Below are positions 39,699-48,012 of a stretch of 57,121 nucleotides of DNA, piece after piece. This stretch comes from a bacterium. GTDB lineage: Bacteria; J088; JAWLBW01. The stretch is from positions 62,001-119,121 of the forward strand of contig JAWLHK010000007.1 in NCBI GenBank assembly GCA_041690355.1, read 5' to 3'. The position numbers and the translations under genes were made by a program. Numbering within the stretch: position 1 is the first letter of the stretch; each line of letters opens with the position of its first letter. The notes below the pieces were generated by a model. It was not told where the DNA came from. It worked only from the letters and a program-made list of their open reading frames with translations, and ran no database searches.

Positions 39699-40097
39699 AT
39701 GCTTCACCACATTTCCTTCGGCGTCGCGGATCTCGAACGTTCGGCAACCTTTTTTGACGTCGTTCTGACGTGCCTCGGGTACGTCCGGGTCTGGGCCGAC
39801 GAAACGGCGGTGGGCTACGGCTTGCCGGGCGGCGGGGACAAGTTTGCCCTGAAGCGGAGGGGAACGGACGCGCAGGCGCCCGGGTCCGGCTTCCATCTCG
39901 CCTTCCGGGCCCCCTCGCGCGAAGCCGTCGATCGATTCCACGCGGCGGCGCTACGCTTCGGCGGCCACGACAACGGCGCACCGGGACTGCGGACCGAATA
40001 CGGCTCGCACTACTACGCGGCTTTCGTGCTGGATCCAGACGGCCATCGGCTCGAGGCCGTCATCAATTCGGATGTGGCGGCTGCCGATGGACGCTGA
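39699..40097 (+). CDS. VOC/glyoxalase family protein
   Basis: MLHHISFGVADL, HLAFRA, DNGAPGLR, YYAAFVLDPDGHRLE. Confidence 0.92.
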   Translation: MLHHISFGVADLERSATFFDVVLTCLGYVRVWADETAVGYGLPGGGDKFALKRRGTDAQAPGSGFHLAFRAPSREAVDRFHAAALRFGGHDNGAPGLRTEYGSHYYAAFVLDPDGHRLEAVINSDVAAADGR

Positions 40098-41370
40098 CCC
40101 CCGGACAACGGCCATGATGCGCATTCGAGAGAACATCTCCCGCCTCTTCTCTCGCCCTCTGCACAGCAGACATCGATGGCTGCTCTTCGTGCTCATCGGC
40201 GCCGCGAGCTTCAACCTGGCGTTCTGCCAGCAGGGCGCAAGTTTCAAACCCGGTGACGATTACGCGCTTTACGTGCATTTCGCAGAGGCCGTTGCGGACG
40301 GCCACAATCCATATGCCTTGCCGCCGGAATACCGTTCTACGGTTCCGCCGACGTTTTTTCCCGTCGGCTGGACGCAGTCTGAACCGGGTAAATTCCCCGC
40401 CGAGTACGCGGACTATCCTCCGCTCCTCATGCTTCTGAATTCCTGGATCTTCCGTATCCATCCCGTGCGGGGCTTCTACGGGTTGTTTCTCGCTCTCCTT
40501 GCAGCATCCTTCCTGCTGTACTGCTTCTATGCCGCATCCGGGCCTTCTGCCGAGCACGCCCACAACCCGTATCTGTTCCTGGCCTTTCTCGGGCTCAACC
40601 CTCTCGTGACCTCGCTGTGGTTCACTCCGACCGGGGACAAGGTGTGGTTTCTGTTCTTCATGCTGGCCCTCCTGTTCCTGCGAAACAGGCCGTATGGACT
40701 GACCGTCGTACTGGCAATTTTCAGCGCGCTGAAGGGCCTGGGGCTCGTGATCTTCGGCTTCTATGTCCTCTTTCTGTTCGCGACCCGACAGGCAAGACCG
40801 AGAACCCTGCTGGCCATGACGACTCTCTTCACGTTGGTCGTCGGTGCTTCACACCTGCTCTGGTTTCCCGACTGGCTGAATGCGTATCGCTGGCGAGCCG
40901 ACCGGCAGAATCTACTCGGACATGCGTCCATCTTCGTACCTCTGGCGAGCGTCGGACTGTACTGGAGCGGACTGCCCAAGCTCCTGACCGCCGGCTCCTT
41001 TCTTGGGATTGCAATTGCGACGATGAGACGTCACCTGACGCTGGAGGACGTGCTGATGCTGCCGATTGCCGCTTCCATCGTGTTCAACACGGAGCTGGCA
41101 ACCAACCGTCTCCTCATCGCCATCTTCGCGCTTCTGCTGCTGACGAGAAATACTTACGCACTCGCGACGGCCTGCGCAGCGAGCGTATTGCTGACCACGC
41201 CCGTCCTCGAGTTCTTCTTTCCCGCTGCCGAGAGCGAAACCGCTTCCTGGCTGATCCTGTGGGGCTTAACCGGTTTTCTTGGCCTGGTTGTCATCCGGCA
41301 GATCGGAAAGAGACGACAGCCTTCGACGGCTCTTCCCGTCCAGAATGGTGGCGCTACTCCCTCTCCGTGA
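40087..41370 (+). CDS. Polytopic membrane protein, probable GT-C (GT87/DUF2029-like) glycosyltransferase
   Basis: After TM1: DDYALY...GHNPY...YADYPPL, followed by many TM segments. Start uncertain (40087 or 40114). Confidence 0.6.
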   Translation: MDADPRTTAMMRIRENISRLFSRPLHSRHRWLLFVLIGAASFNLAFCQQGASFKPGDDYALYVHFAEAVADGHNPYALPPEYRSTVPPTFFPVGWTQSEPGKFPAEYADYPPLLMLLNSWIFRIHPVRGFYGLFLALLAASFLLYCFYAASGPSAEHAHNPYLFLAFLGLNPLVTSLWFTPTGDKVWFLFFMLALLFLRNRPYGLTVVLAIFSALKGLGLVIFGFYVLFLFATRQARPRTLLAMTTLFTLVVGASHLLWFPDWLNAYRWRADRQNLLGHASIFVPLASVGLYWSGLPKLLTAGSFLGIAIATMRRHLTLEDVLMLPIAASIVFNTELATNRLLIAIFALLLLTRNTYALATACAASVLLTTPVLEFFFPAAESETASWLILWGLTGFLGLVVIRQIGKRRQPSTALPVQNGGATPSP

Positions 41371-41407
41371 ACCACGCCGCCGTGTGGGTACGCGAAGGTC
41401 GGCGGCG

Positions 41408-41604
41408 CCGGCTTCCATCTCGCCTTCCGGGCTCCGTCGCGCGAAGCCGTCGAGCGATTCCACGCGGCGGCGCGCTTGGGCGGCCAGTACAACGGCGCGC
41501 CCGGGCTGCGGACCGAATACGGCCCGCACTACTACGCGGCCTTCGTGCTGGATCCGGACGGGCATCGGCTCGAGGCCGTGATCAACACCGCAGAAAGCGC
41601 CTGA
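41408..41604 (+). pseudogene. 3' half of a VOC gene (direct repeat of 39886-40066)
   Basis: Translates to GFHLAFRAPSREAVERF...DPDGHRLEAVINTAESA-stop with no start. One codon deleted relative to the upstream copy. Confidence 0.9.
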
Positions 41605-41804
41605 GGGAGGCGGAGCCCTGCGGCATTGGCGTCTCTCCACGGCTTAGAAGGGCTAGCTTCTGAACTCCCCCCGCCGCAACGCATTGACCCAAAGTTCACC
41701 TCCGCGCTGCCCTGCATTGCGCCTTCTTACGCTAAGCGGTATATAGTATTGACGCAGAACGGGAACGTCTCCACGGTCCCGCCCCTTCCGAAAGAGAGCG
41801 ACCG

Positions 41805-42614
41805 ATGAAGAAATTTACCGTCCCGGTGTTCCTGTTGTTTCTCGTTCCCTCGGCCGGCTTCGCAGCAGAACCCTCGTTTCTTGCGAAGGCTCGATTAGGT
41901 GAGATAGCGGTGCGGGGATCTTCGAGCAGCGAAGCCTTCGCCCCAACAATCGAGAGCAAGATTGGGATTTTCGAGTACTGCTACAACTCGTACAATACCC
42001 TCAGGGAGCCGCGGTCAGACTCGCTCGTCGCCAGCTTTGCGGTTGGCAAGGATGGGCGCATCGAGTCCGGATCCAGTATACGCATTAAGACGACCGTATC
42101 GGACGTCAATCTTCCCGATTGTAGCCGGCAACTGATGAAGCGTTGGCGTTTCCCTCCACTCGGGACGAGAAACGAGCTTGCCGTAACAATTTATTTTGAC
42201 CCCGTATCCAATACCACCCAGGGGAACTACGTCTTGACGCCTGGCGGCGGGGCTGAATTCGTACCGTCCTTCGGGGGCAGCAAACTCCCGGTCAGCCTTG
42301 TCAAAATCGACATCGCAGACGATCCGCAGGCAGAAGGGGCCAAGGAGGACTTGCTGGTCGTTAACCAGGCACTGCGTAACCTGCGCGCCTGCTACAACGC
42401 GCGCCGCCTTGAAATCCCTCTTCTCCAAGGAGAATGGCTGATCGAGGTGCGTGGCGACAAGAACGGGTACGCCGTAATCGACGTGCTCGACCACGGTGTT
42501 CTGATCGACGCTCAGCTTGAACGTTGCTTTCGTGAACAGTTCTCGACCTTGAAGTTCACTCGTCTGGATATCCCGCGAAGATACCGCGTGCGCTTCTTTC
42601 CTGCGCAAGTATAA
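41805..42614 (+). CDS. Secreted protein with two AgmX/PglI (TonB-C-like) domains
   Basis: Signal peptide. Repeats FEYCY...GKDGRI...C...RWRFP and LRACY...G...LERCF...LKF. Confidence 0.6.
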   Translation: MKKFTVPVFLLFLVPSAGFAAEPSFLAKARLGEIAVRGSSSSEAFAPTIESKIGIFEYCYNSYNTLREPRSDSLVASFAVGKDGRIESGSSIRIKTTVSDVNLPDCSRQLMKRWRFPPLGTRNELAVTIYFDPVSNTTQGNYVLTPGGGAEFVPSFGGSKLPVSLVKIDIADDPQAEGAKEDLLVVNQALRNLRACYNARRLEIPLLQGEWLIEVRGDKNGYAVIDVLDHGVLIDAQLERCFREQFSTLKFTRLDIPRRYRVRFFPAQV

Positions 42615-42617
42615 CTC

Positions 42618-43910
42618 CTACTTCTCTACCCACGCCGCCGATTTCACGCGCACCTGATCCACCAGGTCGCCCTGCGCCAGATTAATGTCCCATAGGTGCA
42701 GACCCAGGGCGGCGTGGGCGACGACGCCGTCGATGTCCATCGGGTCGCCGCGGGGGTCGCCCCCCGGCGGGGCGTGGAGACCCACGGCTAGATAGCCGCC
42801 GGCCAGGTCGTCTTCGCGGCACGCCGCCGTGTACCGGCGCGGAAAGTCCCGCGGTGCCGGCTTTCCATCCACGCCGAACTGGATCTCGCCGAACAGGCCG
42901 ACCAGCCAGGTCCCCTCGAGAAGCCGGACGTCGCCCGGCGGTACCGCCATGCCGCGCCCGTCGGTCACCCGGTCGACCGGAACGGCTGGACCGACAGCCG
43001 GATTCACGCAGGCATACGCGTGCCTGTCCGGCTCGAACGCCGCAAAGCTGAACCCTTCTTCGTTGAGCAGCTCGGCCGCACCGCGCACGAGCGGGGTCGC
43101 GTGCGTGAAGCCTTCGGGATAGCTGCGGTAGGTGATGACGCACCCCGTTTCCTCGTGCGCCGCGCAGAGGGGAATGTCCTGCAGGGATCCGCCGGCACGC
43201 TTCCCCTGCTCCACGAAGAACAGTCCGCCGATGGGCATCGCAGCCACCAGCCGATCCCTCAATTCCGCCGTCGAGGCGCTCCCCGGGATGTCGGTGACGA
43301 CGCGGTTTCCGTCAAAGTACGCGTGGAGCAGGAAGGTCGCATGCATCGAGCCCTGCGAGTGCCCGAAGATGACCACGGGACGACCCGCGTTCCAATGGCG
43401 CAGATAGTGCTCGAAGGCCGCGGCCACGTCGGCAAACGCGCGGCGGAAGTAGAAGACGCCGTTTTCGGGGTCGGTCGCGTAGGCGCCGATGTTCCCCTGC
43501 CGGTAGAATGGCGCGAACACGCGGCAGGCGGCGCTGAACGGACCCGCCTGAGTGTCGATGTCCCCTTTAACGAGATCCAGTTCTTCGAAATCGCTGTGGT
43601 TCGCGGCGAAGAACGGCTGCCAATCCATCGTGGGGTAGATGAAGAAGCAGTCGACCGGCGGATTCGCGTGCAGTTCGACGGTGCGCGGAACTTCGGTGCC
43701 ATCGGTATCTACCCGGGCCATCGGATAGCCTCGCGTGCACACGTCGCCCGGCACCCCGCGACACGCCCAGTGGGCTTCATCGTCGTAGTCGAGCGTCTCG
43801 AAGCCGATCCGCGCGGCCAGCTTTTCGGCATAAGTCACCGGTTCGCGCTCAAGCGTAGCTGCTGGCCCGCAGCCGACCAACAATACGGCAAGGCATACAG
43901 AACGCATCAT
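42618..43910 (-). CDS. DUF3089-type alpha/beta hydrolase lipoprotein
   Basis: Lipobox LVGC, DCFFIYPT, FAPFYRQ, GHSQGS, CVNP, LHLWD. Confidence 0.8.
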   Translation of the reverse strand: MMRSVCLAVLLVGCGPAATLEREPVTYAEKLAARIGFETLDYDDEAHWACRGVPGDVCTRGYPMARVDTDGTEVPRTVELHANPPVDCFFIYPTMDWQPFFAANHSDFEELDLVKGDIDTQAGPFSAACRVFAPFYRQGNIGAYATDPENGVFYFRRAFADVAAAFEHYLRHWNAGRPVVIFGHSQGSMHATFLLHAYFDGNRVVTDIPGSASTAELRDRLVAAMPIGGLFFVEQGKRAGGSLQDIPLCAAHEETGCVITYRSYPEGFTHATPLVRGAAELLNEEGFSFAAFEPDRHAYACVNPAVGPAVPVDRVTDGRGMAVPPGDVRLLEGTWLVGLFGEIQFGVDGKPAPRDFPRRYTAACREDDLAGGYLAVGLHAPPGGDPRGDPMDIDGVVAHAALGLHLWDINLAQGDLVDQVRVKSAAWVEK

Positions 43911-44051
43911 GCGGTTACTTTAGCATGCAGAGGGCCCCTTGTCGTCCCTCGGAGCTCATTCGCGCGGGGTCCTTGTTCCCCACATAACTGCAACTCCAGC
44001 GGACGCTAACCAGAGCGATCTGCTAGACTAGCCTTTGCCCGTTGGATCTCC

Positions 44052-44528
44052 ATGGAGCCCACCTTGCATTTACTTGCAGAACAAACCGAAGATATTGGCT
44101 GCCCCGTCGCCACCGCCTACCGGTACGCCACGAATATGGAGCGCTTCGGAGACTGGTTTCCGGGTGTGCTGTCGATTGCCTCTGCGAATGACGGGCCCCA
44201 TGCCACGGTCGGCAAGGAGTACAGAGAGACCGCTCACATTCCGTTGCGAGGCGAGCGGAAGATCCGCGTGGTTGTGCGAGAGGCTCGGATGAACGAGTTC
44301 TTCGCGACCGAAGGACACTTGCCGCCGCTGTTCCCCAGAATGGAAATTTCCTTCGAAGCGACGGGGGCGAACTCGTGCCGGATCACCTGGCGCATGTTCA
44401 GCCGGAGCAAGAGTTCGATTGCGCGCTTCACGCTCCTGCCGTTGGCAAGGGCAACTCTCGCAAAGAGAGCCGCCGCCGGCATGTCGTCCCTGAAGCGAAT
44501 CCTCGAAGATCGCGCGCTAGAGGTCTAG
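44052..44528 (+). CDS. SRPBCC (START-like) family protein
   Basis: IGCPVATAYRYATNMERFGDWFPG and C-terminal amphipathic helix LKRILE. Confidence 0.78.
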   Translation: MEPTLHLLAEQTEDIGCPVATAYRYATNMERFGDWFPGVLSIASANDGPHATVGKEYRETAHIPLRGERKIRVVVREARMNEFFATEGHLPPLFPRMEISFEATGANSCRITWRMFSRSKSSIARFTLLPLARATLAKRAAAGMSSLKRILEDRALEV

Positions 44529-44555
44529 AGAAGAACTCTTCGCCAGTCTGCGCAG

Positions 44556-44635
44556 ACCCCCTGTCGTCCCCCGTCAGGGGGACCCAACAACACGTGGGCG
44601 GCATGTGCCCTTGTTTCCATCGGTCATTGATCATT
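44556..44635 (+). repeat. Intergenic repeat family 2, 80-bp copy 1
   Basis: 4 mismatches versus 45424-45503. Contains hairpin GTCCCCC-GTCA-GGGGGAC. Confidence 0.92.
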
Positions 44636-44712
44636 GGGCATTGGGCGCTTACGCAGCGCTCTGTGATCCCCCTCACCGCACATGCCAGAGTGCCATGCTA
44701 TTCTCTCGGCGT

Positions 44713-45393
44713 ATGCCAATATCCCTGCCTGGCCGCATTGCTCACGGCGACCCTGCTTCACTTCACCCGCTGGCTCCTTTCGCGCTCGTTGCCTGGCCGT
44801 GGTTCCTCAACGATCTGTACCTGATTGCGCTGCGGTCCCGCGAAAACCTGGCTCTCCTGTGGGCGCTCGACGCCCTCTTTTACGCGGCCATACCCACAAC
44901 GACGCTTTGCGTTCTTCTCCTCCGGGGACACCTTTCGGCGGAAGCAATCGGATTGCGTCTGCGACCATCGCATGTTCTGGATATTCTCTTGAGCGCCGTG
45001 GTCGTGCTCCCTCTGGTCATACTGTTCGAGGGGGAGTTGCGTCCGTCGCTGGAGTCCTGCATGGGATTGCGCCTCTGTACGGGATATACGTTCCCCGAAG
45101 GTGACCTTATCGAGCTGAGTCTGCGCGCCTACGCCAGTTTCTCGGCAGGCATTCTCGAAGAGATCGCATATCGAGGGCTGCTTTTCGTTTCGCTCCGCAG
45201 GTTCTTCAATTCCGATCTGGCCGTCGTGACTATCGGCGCGCTCGTCTTCTCGGCCGCTCATTGGTGTCAGGGTCCGGTGCAGCTCGTACTCACCTTTCTC
45301 TGGGCATTCATACCTGGCATCTGGTATGTTTTCCGCAGAAGCCTCGCGGGCCCCATCGCTCTGCACGTCGCCTATGACTGGTTTGCGCTGTAA
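44713..45393 (+). CDS. CPBP (Abi/CAAX) intramembrane glutamic endopeptidase
   Basis: EEIAYRG, FSAAH, ALHVAYD motifs. Start uncertain. Confidence 0.85.
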   Translation: MPISLPGRIAHGDPASLHPLAPFALVAWPWFLNDLYLIALRSRENLALLWALDALFYAAIPTTTLCVLLLRGHLSAEAIGLRLRPSHVLDILLSAVVVLPLVILFEGELRPSLESCMGLRLCTGYTFPEGDLIELSLRAYASFSAGILEEIAYRGLLFVSLRRFFNSDLAVVTIGALVFSAAHWCQGPVQLVLTFLWAFIPGIWYVFRRSLAGPIALHVAYDWFAL

Positions 45394-45423
45394 GGTTCAG
45401 GGCGCCGGGGCCATCCGGCGCAT

Positions 45424-45503
45424 ACCCCCTGTCGTCCCCCGTCAGGGGGACCCAACAACACGTGGGCGGCACGTGCCCGTGTTTCCATCGTTCCTTGATC
45501 ATT
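45424..45503 (+). repeat. Intergenic repeat family 2, 80-bp copy 2
   Basis: Direct repeat of 44556-44635. Confidence 0.92.
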
Positions 45504-45601
45504 CACCATCGACCATTGATCGTTGACCATTGAGTGTTGGGCATTCGCGCAGCGCCCGCCCGGGTGGCAACGCACGGTCCCACCCGCGTGACAATGGTGG
45601 C

Positions 45602-45871
45602 ATGGACGAAGACCTGGAGACGCTCTCGCGCGAACAGCTGATCGCCGAGGTGCGGCGCCTGCGGGCGGGAATCCGAAGACACCGTGACAGCACCGGGCAT
45701 GAGCTCTGCTGGCATCACCCCGCCCTTTGGGGTCTGCTCCCCGAAAAGACTGATCCGCTGCCGACGGTCCCCGCATGGCCGCAGTTCCTGCGCGGATGCC
45801 TACGCTACCGCGAATCGCTCGACCGGCAGCTCCCCGACGCCCCGCGGACGGAGAAGGAATACGATCGGTGA
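45602..45871 (+). CDS. Small hypothetical protein (89 aa)
   Basis: Natural composition, HELCWHHP and WPQFLRGCLRYR motifs, GGTGG upstream. Confidence 0.7.
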   Translation: MDEDLETLSREQLIAEVRRLRAGIRRHRDSTGHELCWHHPALWGLLPEKTDPLPTVPAWPQFLRGCLRYRESLDRQLPDAPRTEKEYDR

Positions 45872-45931
45872 AGGCAGGGGCCCTGGGGCTAGGCGGACAC
45901 CTGCTCCCTGGCCTGGGCACCCTCCACCCTT

Positions 45932-45986
45932 CCCGCCCTGAGCTGACGGGCCGCAGCAGAGCGGAGGTCGACAGCGTGAGGGCGTC
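45932..45986 (+). repeat. Intergenic repeat family 1, unit A
   Basis: Matches 39432-39485. Confidence 0.8.
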
Positions 45987-46185
45987 GTGAGTACCGTGAG
46001 CTCCAGAGTAAATCAGTGCTCCGTGTGCGTGCTCCATGCTTACGGTGCACCTACGCTCGCATCCAGGGCCTGCCCCGAGGCCTCTCCCGTGGCTGATCTG
46101 CCGAGGGGCCGTTGAGCGGAGTTTCCCCCGACGAGCCGAGGGGTTCCACTACGCTCCGTCGGCTCCATGCGGGAAGTTTATGGCG

Positions 46186-46240
46186 CCCCTTCTCCCTTCA
46201 ACCGGTACGCCTCGCGGACTGCGTATGGAGGGAGAAGGGG
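46186..46240. repeat. Palindromic repeat family 3 (CCCCTTCTCCC...GGGAGAAGGGG)
   Basis: Inverted arms, recurs at 47310-47348 and 48733-48767. Confidence 0.75.
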
Positions 46241-46266
46241 ATGGGGGAAGTGGGTGGCACGCCGTA

Positions 46267-47094
46267 TTACCGCCCCTCGGGCACCAGCCCGAGCGCGTAC
46301 CACCAGCCCGTCACCGGCGACCGCCGGAAGATCACCGTGCGCTCCTTGCCGCGGAAGGGATAGGTGATCGTCCCCGCGTCCTGCTGCATCATCCGCTCGA
46401 ACACCCGGCGGATTTCGGGACTGATGTCCAGCGGATCCTGGAAGATGAGCGAGGGATCCCATTCGAGCGCCAGCAGCGGCTGGTCGTCGAAGGAATAGAA
46501 GATCATCGTGTCGTCGAGCCCCATCTCTTTCTCGATGCGCGTGCTCACCTGGTCGAGGTAGATGGAACTCCCGAGTACGCCCACGACCTCGCCGCCCCGG
46601 CGCACGGGGACGGCGACGATAGCCACACTCTTTCCTGTTGCCGTGCTGACCACAAGGTCGCCGAGGACGGCCTCGCCGGCCAGCACTTTCGGAAAGTAGT
46701 CGCGTGCGGCCAGATTTCCCGCGGCCTTCCCTTCCTCCAGGTTCCAGTAGCTGCCGTCGGGCAAGGCGAACCAGAGCAGCGCGGGCACATTCACTTCCGC
46801 GGCCGCAGCGAGGGGCCCCTTGATGCGCGCCCAGTCGCCCGACTGGGCATCCGCGCTTTCGGCGAGGGTCTTCAGCGACGCAGCCATGGTCTCGAGGTGA
46901 CCGTCGCCGATCGTCATGAGGGACGCCAGCGCCACCTGGCCATCCACCGGAAAGGACTTCGGGAGAACGGTTTCGGCGGACCCGGTGGTCTTCGGTTTTT
47001 CGACGGGAGCGGCGGGAGCGGCTCGCTCGACGGCGGGCAAGGTTCCGGGGAGACCGGCCAGCAGGCCGGCGAGAAGAAGGACGTGAATGCGCAT
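46267..47094 (-). CDS. Secreted stand-alone Cache-domain protein
   Basis: Signal peptide, RDYFPKVLAG, VSTATGKSVAIVAVPV, GVLG, terminal TGWWYALG dCache-like pattern. No TM or output domain. Confidence 0.72.
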   Translation of the reverse strand: MRIHVLLLAGLLAGLPGTLPAVERAAPAAPVEKPKTTGSAETVLPKSFPVDGQVALASLMTIGDGHLETMAASLKTLAESADAQSGDWARIKGPLAAAAEVNVPALLWFALPDGSYWNLEEGKAAGNLAARDYFPKVLAGEAVLGDLVVSTATGKSVAIVAVPVRRGGEVVGVLGSSIYLDQVSTRIEKEMGLDDTMIFYSFDDQPLLALEWDPSLIFQDPLDISPEIRRVFERMMQQDAGTITYPFRGKERTVIFRRSPVTGWWYALGLVPEGR

Positions 47095-47309
47095 CGTTGC
47101 CTCGTCGGATGATCACCTGCATTGTGGGTCACGTGGAACCCCGCAGGCATCCCCTCGCGCTCGAAAGGCGACCTCCTTTCCTCCCGCCCTGCGCTGTTCT
47201 GGTAGGGGAAGGTGGCGGCCGCGGCCCGGTGCGCTGGGGTTGCGGCCGCTTTTTTCCGGCAGTGCCTCCCTTATTTCCCGGCCCTGAGAAAGCCTCCCTC
47301 ATCCCCCAG

Positions 47310-47348
47310 CCCCTTCTCCCTCCATACTGACGTTGGAGGGAGAAGGGG
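47310..47348. repeat. Palindromic repeat family 3
   Basis: CCCCTTCTCCCTCCA-N9-TGGAGGGAGAAGGGG perfect 15-bp arms. Confidence 0.78.
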
Positions 47349-47460
47349 TGAACAAGGCACGTCACTCCATCGGGCGGCAACTTTTCTTCCCGCGTACCTG
47401 TACGCTCCGGGCATAACAGACAATGATGGGGAGACATCGTCAACGGATCATGCTGCCTCG

Positions 47461-47886
47461 ATGACTTCTTCCCGAAATTCGCGCCCCCGTTTGCACTTCG
47501 TGCTCGCGGCGGCGCTCGTCTTCCAGGGCTTGAGCGGCATCGCCGGTGGACTCGCTCTGGTGGCCGATCCGACAGGCGAGCTCATCGGAATTCCTCTGGT
47601 CTGGCTTGAAGGGTCTCCCTTCCGCGATTACCGGATACCCGGTATCGTGCTGCTGGTTGTGCTGGGCATGGTTCCACTCGGGATCGCATGGGCGGTCTGG
47701 ACCCAGCGACGCGGCGCCTGGCATGGCGCGCTGGTCGTCGCCATGGCACTTCTCATCTGGATCGCCGTGGAAATCGCGGTCGTCGGCTATCAGCCGCAGC
47801 CGCCGTTACAGCTCCTCTACGGTTCCCTCGGACTCTTCCTGCTGTTTCTACTCCTGCTTCCGTCGGTACGGCACTCCCGTTCGTGA
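47461..47886 (+). CDS. Four-TM hypothetical membrane protein
   Basis: Four hydrophobic helices, DPTG...LEGSPFRDYRIPG loop. Confidence 0.72.
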   Translation: MTSSRNSRPRLHFVLAAALVFQGLSGIAGGLALVADPTGELIGIPLVWLEGSPFRDYRIPGIVLLVVLGMVPLGIAWAVWTQRRGAWHGALVVAMALLIWIAVEIAVVGYQPQPPLQLLYGSLGLFLLFLLLLPSVRHSRS

Positions 47887-47956
47887 ACCGACAGCCTTAC
47901 CGGGCGCGCTCCGGGATGGAGGCGCACGCCGCAACCACGCGGAAGGATTACCCGGC

Positions 47957-47985
47957 TTGCACTCAATCAATCGATTGATTAATAT
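47957..47985 (+). promoter_or_regulatory. Sigma-70-like promoter with embedded 16-bp palindromic operator
   Basis: TTGCAC-N17-TAATAT with AATCAATCGATTGATT at 47965-47980. GAGGAG RBS downstream. Confidence 0.65.
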
Positions 47986-48012
47986 AGTGGTGAGCAAGAG
48001 AGGAGTTTCCCC

